Below are positions 25,801 to 37,199 of a stretch of DNA of 64,000 bases, one piece after another. Below the pieces are notes generated by a model. The model worked only from the letters and a program-made list of their open reading frames with translations, made no database searches and was not told where the DNA came from. Origin of the DNA: Pseudovirgaria hyperparasitica (taxonomy: Eukaryota); the NCBI GenBank assembly GCA_010093815.1, contig ML996565.1; one strand, given 5' to 3'. Every line of letters starts with the position of its first letter. Within the stretch, counting starts at the first letter, position 1. The position numbers were made by a program, and so were the translations under genes.

Positions 25801-26404
25801 TCCGAAGTCCACCAACCGGCCTATGACGCCCCCAATCCCACCACATCCTTCTGTTGTTCAGCGTCGAATGGAACTCCTCACTTCCGACATGCTTACTCGC
25901 GCCCTCACTCTCGTATCGCGTGGCCAACACGAACGTGCACACCACCTCCTGAGTGAAACTCGTAGCATACTTAAAGGTCTCGCCAAGGGAGGCTTGCCAC
26001 CGCTACCACCTCCTCCGTCCGCAGGCCTTCCTAAGCCACCCAAAGACAAAGAGGGTTCCGACAAGAGCCAATCGCCCGTTGCGGAACCTCTTGAACGCCG
26101 CGAATCGCCAAACCCAACGAACATGTTCACTCCTGCTGCAGGCATTGACGCGGCCACGATGTTTGCCCTTGACGCCGAGCTTCATACCAGTTTAGAGTGG
26201 ATGAACCACCCGGCGATCTTCGGACGTGATTCGCGCAAGGCTGTGCTACAGGCTATTGGCGTGATATCCAGTCAACGCGGATACACATTCCGCACGCCTA
26301 GCGAAAGTCTTTGGGCAGAGCGCATCGCGGGCATCAAGAAGCTCTCAGAGCGTAGCCGCGAGTGGCGCGAGAGCGGTGACGAAGCACTGATGGAGGAGTC
26401 TTGA
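22801..26404 (+). CDS. RING finger - PH - von Willebrand A domain protein (Far1/Ste5-like architecture); exons 22801-23437, 23489-24418, 24473-25184, 25237-26404
   Basis: RING CAVCEEPL..LSCGHVSHEACF..CPTC; PH-like FGKLRLHG..ECYLFSEMLICVKEKK..IWRRAL; vWA VPLDIIIVIPISSSM..DRMGLVTFG..ILLISDS..IHSFGLG. Three short GT-AG introns with CTGAY branch points. The start codon is uncertain (alternative MAAVMD at 23182). Confidence 0.88.
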
Positions 26405-27705
26405 TTGGATGTGCGGAAACTTTCGACGACTGACGATGATGATGCGATGACGACGAGAACGGGCAGATTCAACATATTGTGCATAATATTTACTGCTTTG
26501 TACACGGTGTACTCCTATTGGACCGGGGCATGTGGAAGCCATGCACACCTTTACTTTGACAGATACCTCCGACGCACGTTGAGCTTTTGTTTTGTTTTTG
26601 TGCGACGGACGCGATCGCGGAGTTTTGGCGATCGACCGGGCAGGAGTCTTCACATTTACTCCGATGCAGCATATGGAATGGCGAAATAACATACGCGGTA
26701 GGGGTGAACAGGGACATTTGACATAAATTGTTTCCTTTGTTTTGGACTCGGGCACTGTTTTCATGGTCCTTTTGCTTACTGCGGATGATACCTCTTGTTG
26801 ATGCTAAACTTTTTTTTTGCTTGAGCCATATATTTCTATATATACCGTGCGCTACGGGCGCAGCAGCAGCAGCCACCACTTAGTTTCCGGAGCGTCCTGT
26901 CCTGTCATGTATAAAACAGTCTAGATGGCCAGACAAATTGATTCTTAACATGGTTCGAACTTCAGAAATTCCTGTTTACTTTTTTTGAGGAACAATTTGG
27001 CATTCGTTCTCTACTTATCACAAGCCCCGAAATTAGAAAGCATATGTGGATGGATAGATAGCTACGAGTAATAATATAATAACCAGTTTTCCAGGAAACT
27101 ATCTTTGTCCCTCCACCCTGTAAATCACCGTCTCATCTCCATTCTATACCTTGCTTACTTGCCTACTTGCTAATACGATATGCTGTATGAAGGACCGGAG
27201 TAGAGGGGACCAGGGCGCCATTGGAGATTGGAGATCTGAAATGGAGTAGTATATAGTACTAAATAGGTGGGTAGAGGGAGTCAGGGGAGGGAGGGCATGC
27301 AGACGTAGAAGATGTGTGATGTGATACAGTAAGTGGTTGGAGAGGGTTAATGGGTACGTAAGTGATGTGTGTATGTGTTGTCTCTGATACATGTACTTTT
27401 TCTGCTTTTTTATTTTTGTTTTCGCGCCGTTGAGTATGAATATGTGTTGGTGGATGGTGTGATGTGGGGGCATGCATGTAGTGTTTTGACTTTGGTTGTT
27501 TCTTTGCTTGTTTATTCTGTTCTTTCACGATTTATAGTGATATGATGATATGATAAGATATTTCAATGCCTAGGATTGTTGTCTCATTGTTTTCTCACCG
27601 CTGTCTTTCATGGTTGGGTATTTTTCCTTTGTCCTGCCTTGCCCTGCCTTGTCTTGACTTGCCTTGCTTTGACTCGCCTTACCTCGCCTCGCCTCGCTTT
27701 CTGAT

Positions 27706-27771
27706 GCGCGTGCGTGCGTGCGTGCGTGCGTGTGTGCGTGTGTGCGTGTGTGCGTGTGTGCGTGTGTGCGT
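27706..27771. repeat. Compound (GCGT)/(GTGT) microsatellite within an SSR-rich intergenic tract
   Basis: Read directly from the sequence. Confidence 0.9.
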
Positions 27772-30700
27772 CCGGTTCCTTTCGGATGCTGGATGGAGTA
27801 GTCTCACCACCAACCCCTTCATAAGAAGGCACAAGCACAAGCATTACACAAACACAAAACACAATGAATAATACTGCACAAACCACATGCATCTGCTCAA
27901 GCACACCGCCGCCCCCCGCCGCTTGCAGCCCGCACCAGGCAGGGGTCCATCCCACCAAGTTCCAAACACGCAGACCCTGACATCCTGACATTCTGACGTT
28001 CTGGCAATCAAGTAGTAATCTAGTAATCAGTCTCAAAGAAAAGTCCAAAACAGCCATTGTAACCATCCATCCATCCATCTTCAGATTCCTTCCGCGCTCC
28101 CTGCGTACCAGCCACATCCTTTCTCCATGGCCAACACAATCCTTCCAGCCACTGGGACCTCGTTGCTTCTTTTTTCTTTGGTTGTACATCTTTCCTCCCC
28201 CTTGTTTTTTTCCACCGATTAATATGCGGTGCGCGTGCTGCAGCAGCTGCGGCGCATGATGGGCAACCTGGCCGGGCCGTCCGCGGGGTGGCACAGCTCA
28301 GCCTGCCGGGGCCCCAGATGAGCGTGCGAGGAGCCTTGTCCTGGGGATGTAAATGGTGATACAGTGACAGAGTGATGGAGTGCATGGGAACATACATGAT
28401 ACATGCGTACTTGGAAATACTCGATATGGGACTATGAGTACGCGGGTATGCGATGGATGATGGCAGAGCATGCCCAAAACACAGACACACACTCCCCCTC
28501 CCCGGTCCTCAGCACGCAAAACTACTCCGTGGATACATGTACCTAGCCAGCCAGCCAGCTGGGACAACAACAACAACCGCAACAACTATAACTACAACAA
28601 ACCCCAGCAAAACGTCGAGCAAAAAAGCCGTTTTCGAATAAGAAAATAGAAGCCGGTCCAACCGCACAAGCACAAACACACGCCCCAACGGCAAACCGCC
28701 GTCCCGCAACAAGCAAGCAACAACAAGCCAACAAGCAACAAGCAAACAGCCACTAATATCGCCCATCCATTGCAAAACATCCCGTTCCAACGGCTTTTTT
28801 TGTTATTATTACAGTACTACTTACTATGCACCACCCCATCAACAAATATCCTGCAGGAGCTGGACAAACACACCGACAGACGGAACTACCCATACCACAG
28901 ATTACCACCGACGAGAATACCCCCGAGACACATTCCCCGAATCATCTCCACCCCCCTCCCCTGCACGGAGGTGCCTCCATTGCACATTGCCAAACAAACA
29001 GATACAACCCCCTCCCCCTTATCTCTCTTTCTCTCTCCAGGGGACCGGCCGAACTGCGGGGCAGAATGCCCGTCGCTGTCGCACCGTGATGGCGGGGTGT
29101 GGGTTTCTGAGGCATGTTTGTGTGCTGGGATGGCTGTGTATTTTACAGTACCTGCGTTGTGATGTGGGGCTTGAGGAAGGGGAATGGTGGTGTAATCGGT
29201 CGGAAGCATAGGATTTTGCGCGCGTTTTCATGGATGTGGGATGGCTGGGCTGTGCTGGGTAGGGTATGCTATGGTAGGGTAGGATAGGGCAGGCAGGCCG
29301 ATTGATTATAATGTGTACTATGTGCTGTGTATCTCAGACGTTAACGGTAAGAGTGTGGCGGCACGGCCATGGCATTGACCTTTTGTTGCGCGGTTGGGCG
29401 AATCGTGGTGTTGGGGCATGGCATCAGCAATGTGGCTGTGTAGATGTCTAGGGAATGGGAAAGGCAGGTAAGAGGACTGGACTGCCGGTGTACTCCATGC
29501 TTCGTTGCGATTCATCTCGGAGAGGGGACAATGGTACGTGTGGAAGATTGGTGAGACCCGGCACACACTGGAAGCTGACGAAGAAAGGTGACGACGACGG
29601 GGCGGGACACAGGGCGAGCCAGGGCAAGACAAGGCGACGACGACGATGACTCCCAGTCGCCACACGCACGCACGCACCGGAGCACTGATGCTTGACCCCA
29701 TGACGCCATCCACGCCGCCCACGCGCTGTACGCGTTTCCAATTGCAACTTCAAGACTCTCATGCATGAGATCAATATAACAGAAGAAGGTGCTATTCTCC
29801 TGCCGCAGAAACTGCCATCGTCGCCGCATCCCATGCCGGCTCCTTCAGATCAAGCAAAAACACAATATAGGCCCGCGCGCCCAAGACACGGGATGGACTG
29901 AGAGTGAGGGAGCGAGAGGGAGAGAGTGTGAGGGAGGGGGCGCTCGCTCGCGCGGGTGCCCGATGTTTGCTCGTGCGCTGAGATGCAGTGCATGTTGCGT
30001 GTATCAGAATCGGTGATCTGCTCTGTATGTTGGAAGGAAGGGCGCGAGCGTGGAAGGAAGTTGGGAAGACACCACACGGACAACGTTTTGGCGTTTTGCA
30101 TCGTCGTTGGCTGGGATTTTCTCAAAGGAACGGACGACCCATACACAGTAAAATGACGGACAACCTCTGTATGCTCGTGGGGTGTGCTTTTTTGTGTGAC
30201 TGGACTTCAGTCTGGCGTCTGAAGTAATCCCCAAGCACGCATCTAGATATCAGATGTTGTGGTGAAATCTGGTGACAAGATAGACTACAGTAACTCTGAT
30301 CCATTCTAGGAAAATGCTTCCAATTTATATCTTCAGCCCTGTTAGGATCTGCATGCCGACGTCTTGTTCGGCCTGACCTCGCGTGGCGATAGACTATTGC
30401 CATCAAAGCAGGCTGCGGTTTACTATATTGGGTCGTGACGCTGGGCCTGCTAGCAATCGAGGAAGAAAGAGGTAGAAGATGAAGATATTCTAGCACGGAA
30501 CACGCCAGAATGGCCAGATGCAGACGACCACCCGGGGTACCTAGATGTGGATGTGTTCTAGCATCCAGAATTAAGAGTGCTAAGAATGCTAAGAATGCGT
30601 GCCAAGTGTGGAGTGAGAGTGTGCAGGCCAGGGTTGTATGCTTTGTCGACCTTAGACGTATGGTAATACATGACATGACACGACACTATTAATTCCCCCA

Positions 30701-31124
30701 ATACTCTAGTCTTTTCAGGACGTGATCAGTCTCAATATATATTATTTGACCTGGTTGATGGTTGGTGCCAAGGACCTAAGGCATCTGCCAGCATTCAAGA
30801 TGGTGGGACTAGGTATGCGACCAAATCCGGTAATTGTTCCATCTATGACCTGTGGAACACACAGATGGTTGTACGCATACTTGCTGTGCATCTTTAGACA
30901 TGCACATCGCTAGTATAGCCATGACCTGTATGAGTTGTTCTTGTGGGTTTCCATTTCTCAGCGCGCACGTGGAGCGGTGACCGACTATATGTCACAGGCG
31001 TGGCATGGTTGGACGCGTCAATGCTGGCAGCCGTGCTATCTTTACTAGAGTCATTATCTCGCCTACTGTGATGACGTACAGTAGGCCATGTTGATGTACA
31101 GAATACTTATTCGATATTGCGGGT

Positions 31125-31303
31125 TCAAGCACTCCCTGCAGAGATCATTTCATAGTTGACTGGCATGATGCCAAGGGCAGACAGGTCGACGACCTCGGAT
31201 TGTATTGCGCGTATGCTTCTTATGCTCAAGCATTCCTTGCAGAGATCATATCTAAATTGACTGGCATAGTATCAAGGGCAGACAGGTCGATGACCGTAGA
31301 TTG
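31125..31303. repeat. Diverged direct duplication: two 78-nt copies (31125-31202, 31226-31303), about 82% identical
   Basis: Manual ungapped alignment gives 14 mismatches in 78; shared cores TGCAGAGATCAT, TTGACTGGCAT and CAAGGGCAGACAGGTCGA. Confidence 0.9.
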
Positions 31304-34148
31304 ACAAGGCCCGACTCGGTCTTGTTCTTTCTAGTCATCGGAATTTGGTAAAGATAGCAGACGTCCGGGTAACCCGTTGGGAAGAATCACAAGCGCGTTC
31401 TAGTGTCCACAGTTCGCCGTATTGGCGCAAAGATAGCGGCTCACTTACCCTCGGAGGGCAAATGTAGTTCATCGCGCCATGGTACCGTTAACGGGGCCGC
31501 AGCACATGGCTATGAGGGGTTTGTCTGGGGATCTTCAGATCTTGATTTGTGAAACCATCACGATGGTAAATAGCGACTGGTTCTTCTACGACTCATCAAC
31601 TTGCGGAGATGGACGGTCGCATGCTCATGGACATACATAAATGCTCAGCAAATTCACTGCGTAATTAGACGTAGTACCGGCCCTGCACCGAAACAAGCGA
31701 CGTACCGAGGCCACTGCGGTTGCCAGGAGATGCTTGCTTTTTCGTGTCAGATCCTGGTATCGCACGCGTTGGAATTTGAGATTATATGTCCGTCCGTGTC
31801 TACGTCCGTCCGCTTGTGAGCAGGTCTTCGTGGCCTCATGCGAACTCTTGTGATGTTCAACGTCAGCCGTGTTGTCCTTTTGATGCGCGAGTTTCTCATT
31901 CGCTAGAAGAAGTCTCAGTCGCAGTCAGTCTCTTGGCGTCGTTATGGCCGCTGCCATTTCTGACTTATGATCGGCCGTGTGAACTGTTGGAGAGGAATAC
32001 CCGGACAATTGTTGAATACTGTTGTATTATGGGAGAGAGTGATTTCCAGGTTTGGACCCAAGGTCTCTAGATTTACGGACACCTAGACTCAGACCATCAA
32101 ATCATACAGGCACCCCACCACTTTTTAGACCACGTCACTTCTAGTAGAACCCTATGACGCATGGTAGCAATCAATATTTATCTGCGCGCGCATGCAGACA
32201 GGTATCAACGATCTAAATACCCTCAGGATCAATCCTACTACAAGGCCCACACGAGGTATTATCGACAAACTTGCTATGAATAGTTCGATACCCAGACCTG
32301 ACAAGGGTCTCCCTAGTCGCAAACAACTCTTCCGCATGAATGCGAAATCCAACACAGTAAGAGCCAGGAGAGGAAATCGGTCATGCAAGTCCTACCCCTC
32401 GTTGTCTGTATATGTCCAATTCGAGAGTAGGGTCCAGCAGTCCAGAACGTGGCATGTCTGATTGCTACACCCTGTCGCTCAATCTAGACGAACGTCAGCT
32501 TCGTAATCGCCCGTGTGGATGACGATTTCCTCAGCTTTGCAGGCCATCATCGCTCTAAATGTGACAGGGCACATATGAAGATCCAGGCTGACGTTGCATC
32601 GCCACTCCCCGCAGGTTTCTGTGCCACAGTAAGCTGAGCAGTTCTCACTGACTGAGACCTCATCAATGAGCTTGCCGTATTGTCGGCAGTAAGCCAACGG
32701 GCTCCAACATCGGCTCGGCTCGAAGCCAAACCCGTGGTGAGGAGGAGGAGTTCATGCCAACATGTTGGAGAATATAGTCATGTCCCAGACCATGTCTTAA
32801 TCAACAACTGATCCAACGGACGGACCGTTACGGACGGTATCACCCCCAACACCGTTCAGTACATCCTCAAGACATTTGATAACATCTCAGCCTCTTACAA
32901 GACCTTCTCCAACGGCATGACAAACCCTACCCCATTCAGCAACTGTACTTTCTCGACCCACATGTTCGCCACCACCCCGGCGATCGCGATTCCATCACGA
33001 TCACTGCCAAGCAACACAGTATCCCCCAAAGTGCGATACGAATCACGTCCAAGCCATATGTCACACTGCATATGCCAAACCTGCAGACTCGCACTGCTGT
33101 TGGATTCCCATAGACGATCCAGGCAGGACACCATGCACTCCACCCGTACGCCGCCCCCAAAACCCACCGACGATCGCTCTTCGTTACGGCTGTGGGCGAG
33201 GTCCTCATTCGACATCTCACGACGTGCCGGATGCAGTCCATCCACCGCACGAGCTGTCGACCACGTTGTTCCGTCGAGCCGATGGCGCAAACTACGTCCT
33301 CCCGCTCAAATATGGATCCATTATGACACGCGCCGGTCAGCACTCTTTATCAAATCCCGCGTGGGGCATTGAGTGGGTGTCACAACGAGCATCTATAGAG
33401 ACTTATCGAGCCGGGTACAGAGTATGTCCGGACGTCATGGCTAGTTCCAAGATTGCTTCCTCGGCCGCGGACTAGAGCACATGTCTAGTCGCAAGAGAGA
33501 AAGAAAAAAAGCAACTCGCACATGCAACCTCGTTTGGCTTGCAGGGCACATTTCGTGTTTCCCATACCCCCATGCTTGCTTGCGCTGCTGGTTGGGTGGC
33601 GTTCCGAGACGGCCGTTTTCGTGGAGCGTTGTCAGGTGTCCCGTTCGAAGTGGCGCGAGGATGCGGTGTGCGGTAGCTATGGGTTGGTATGAACACACGC
33701 TGAAGTAAGAAAAGGCACTCTGATGAGAGACTTGTGTGACGGTTTCATTTATACAAATATAACTTTCCGGCTTGCATGGGATGATTGCATTTGTATTGTA
33801 CACGTCTCGTCTCGTCTCTTGTACATATGACTCATCGTACGTCTTGCATGGCTGATATCATGAATAATCCAAGCCAGTGTAGACTGCGTTAGATGTCTCT
33901 GTGTAAGACATAGATACCGAGCATTAAACGCTCGGTTCTAAACCACATTCTATGCCGTGGTCTAGCCCTGTCGTGTTGTGTCTCAAGCCGAGACCGCTGC
34001 GCCGCAACATGAGCCAGCTGAAGAGTTGGCGCAGGCCGATTTGGGGCTTGACAACACTGAACCAGACATTTCTATTAGTTCGAGTTGAGATCCGAGGTTT
34101 GTGATAAATGAGTGAAGAGTATTGAGCACCTGGGTCTAGAGGCGATAC

Positions 34149-35383
34149 TTAACTATAGCCACCAAAGGCGCCGGAACGTCGAAATGCATTCGCTAAGATT
34201 GTGTATTAGTCTTCATACTTGAATGTGGTGACACCAGGTCCTTACAGTATCCGATCGTCGCCTGGCAGTCAGACTCCATGCGCTTAGCCTCAGCTTCGTA
34301 CATCCTGTTAACGAGTCGATCAGTATACCACTAGACAGAAGCCCTTGCAAAAGGGAAAACAAACCATTCACTCATTTTACTTCCTCTGTTGTTTGAAGAA
34401 GGATGAGTGCTCATGAACTCGGGCGGGGTACCACCCCCGATCCTTTTCTCGTATTCAGCCATGCGTGACCATAGCCTCACAGCTTCTTCAGGATTATAAC
34501 AGGCTCGAGCCATCATTACTGGGGCACGGTTAGCAGACTAGACAGAAAATAACCTGGTCGTAGCATACATAGTCCAATGTAGTCAGCTTCGGACTCCTGG
34601 GCACGACCATTCGGTAAGGAAAGGATCAGGTTGAGAATCTGGTTCGTAATAGACCACGTGCCAGGTATGGCCAGCTCAACAAAAAGAGTTGGGATATACA
34701 GAATCGCAGCCCGGCTAGCCTTCTCAGCAGTATGATGCGCAAAGTTATGGGCTATTTCGTGACCGAGCACTGCAGCAATGCCATCCTCGTTCTTGCATAT
34801 GGGCAGAATGCCAGTGAATACAAACACGTTGTTGTCTGGTGTGACAAATGCGTTGACATCGTTGCTATCAATCACATACACCTTCCACGACTCTTTATTG
34901 TCGATACCGGAGACCGGCATCAGTCGCTGGAGAACGCGCTGCACCGCTTGCACCCGTCTATCGTGTGGAGGTAGGATACGATCGCGGTACTGATTGAGAA
35001 CCATCTCCCCAACTCCACCGGCTATCGATTTCTCGCGCTCAGGACCGATAATATTGAAGCGTCGTCTGCCAGAGACCTGTCGTCGTATATCAGCTACTGT
35101 CCGGATGCTTTGGACCACTGCTGGAGGCTCTTACCGGCACATCTTCCAAGTTGTAGACATAAAAGCCTCCTCCAGCAAGTCCGATGCCACCGACTTCATA
35201 GTAGAATGTAGGTCTCGCCGCCCATCTTTGGAATATGTTCTTGCTCTGCTGGAAACGCTGGTACCGATAGTTGTTCCGGAAGCTTGGCAAGAGACGTCTG
35301 CGTTGTGAGTGGAAAGCTCGTGTACGCGTATAGATAGTGGCTTGCGAGAATGAGAATCCCATGCGAGACATTCGTGCCCACAT
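34149..35383 (-). CDS. OMA1: Mitochondrial M48 metalloendopeptidase, OMA1-like; exons 35383-35135, 35076-34569, 34518-34365, 34304-34246, 34192-34149
   Basis: Arg-rich presequence; [21 protein letters not shown]...[20 protein letters not shown] (HExxH), [19 protein letters not shown] and EFMSTHPS. Four canonical introns keep the frame. Confidence 0.9.
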
Positions 35384-36665
35384 GTTGTAGAACTTGATTA
35401 TAAGGTTGATGCTAGACTCGCATCATCAGAGCCGACGGAAGTTCTTGGGTCACCGAGCTCCGACGCGCTAGTACATTTACCTATAACACCACGACGTGTT
35501 TAATGGGTTTAATTAGGTATTTTAGTAGCTATGACTAAATACCACTCGGAAACACCCGTCAAGCCAATAAGCCGCGCTTGGCCTCTATCTATAACTACTA
35601 AATACCCTCTCAAAACACGCTCAAAGCCTTCACGCACTCATGCGAGCACTTATATATGGATACCGATAGATAGCGTCCCAAGGGCATCTTATACACGTTG
35701 CTCAAGGAGAATAATTTTCATACGAGAGCATTGGAGGTGACGATTCTGATTGAAAAGTGACGACTTTCAATCCATCTTAGTAATGCTGAACGTGCGCGGT
35801 ATCCCGAGCACGATCCCTGGCGCCGGGCCGCATATCTAGAATCTTAGCGCGCTGAAGTTCAAGTATGCACGCCAAAGTATCAGGTACTAACGGCGGTACA
35901 CTGCTGTTCGTAGATAGTGTAGCCACAATGATGACCCTGCTGACTGAGGCTTCTGCGCAGGATACTTCCCCTAGACCTAGATGAGTCTGCCAGACGGCCC
36001 GGTGATTTGTCGCAAGGATTCAGGGACCGCTGGCCCTGGTCTGGGCCTGATCTAACACGTTTATGACATTGATGAGCGGTGACCCAATTCTGAGAACATT
36101 ATGGAGTGGCAGCGCTTGACTTGGAAGGTAGAAGCTCTTCTATCCTTGAGAAATGCGAGGGATCTCCTTGCTAGAGCAATGATAGCACTTTCTGTGCAGC
36201 CGACAGAGTCACAAAAGCAATGTTGTTATAGCCTCGACCCAGATGGAAATGAGGGATTACTTTCTCCGTTTGGCAAGACACCAGTAAACCAAGTCGTGGA
36301 AGGATCTGTACTGAAACTCCTATCACCAGAGAACAAACACCACGCTGTTGATAGTACTGGGGCCATCGGTCTAGACTCCGACGCCCCAAAGTTGAACAGT
36401 TAGTCCCCCACTAGCGGTGTCATGGCAGCCAACAGCTGAAGGTTCCTCGATTTTGTCCGTATACTAACTACCATCTTGTCGGCGCCAGCGTAGAGACCGG
36501 CTCCGCTTTTTGTATATTGAGGCTTGTCACTTAGGCACCAACGATATATCCGGAAACGTCAAAAACCGAAAGTCCAACATCCTTCAGCACCAACCATTAT
36601 AACACATAGTCCTATTAGACGATGCGAGTCCGCAACATAAATACCTCCGAACACTCATTGCAGTC

Positions 36666-37199
36666 ATGATCTTTAAACCTCACACCACCATCAGATTCCT
36701 GTGTCCAAAACCAAAGCCTAGCATTCTATTTCGTCCCTCAACCACCACCCACACTAAGTCAGCTCAAGCGGCTTTCTATCGCCCTTACACCAGCAAACCA
36801 AAGTCCTCAGATATGGGCAAATCAATTCTCGTCGTCGGCCTCTCTTTCGGCCCCCCAGCCAATGCCCCGGAAAACTCGCCCGTTCCCGGCCCCGACGCCA
36901 AATTGAAGGAGGCTGTGGCTGCCAGCATGAAAGCCGTTCGTGAAGCTGGATACGACATCACGGTAGTCCAAATCGACCCGTCCAACGCAACCGCCGACAT
37001 CGACGGCGTGAAGGAGAAACTGAAAGCCGAGGAATTCGACATGTGCATGATTGGATTTGGACTGCGTAGTATCCCGGCCTACACGGGGATTTTCGAGGAC
37101 CTCGTCAATGCGAGCAGGGAGATCAGACCCGGTCTACGGTTGGGCTTCAACACTGGGCCAACGGACATGGTGGAGAGTTTGAAACGAGGTGGACTCTAA
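36666..37199 (+). CDS. Small conserved alpha/beta protein of unknown function; 49-aa presequence-like leader before a second ATG at 36813
   Basis: Intronless ORF with coding-like codon use; ILVVGL..FDMCMIGFGLR..FEDLVNA.RE..PG..LGFNTGP.D.VE.LKR resembles an uncharacterised family I recall from fungi and bacteria (not searched). Confidence 0.75.
   Translation: MIFKPHTTIRFLCPKPKPSILFRPSTTTHTKSAQAAFYRPYTSKPKSSDMGKSILVVGLSFGPPANAPENSPVPGPDAKLKEAVAASMKAVREAGYDITVVQIDPSNATADIDGVKEKLKAEEFDMCMIGFGLRSIPAYTGIFEDLVNASREIRPGLRLGFNTGPTDMVESLKRGGL

Noticed and set aside
27144..30676. Numerous 60-230 aa ORFs
   Set aside because: Their translations mirror SSRs and compositional skew, with no domains or consistent codon bias.
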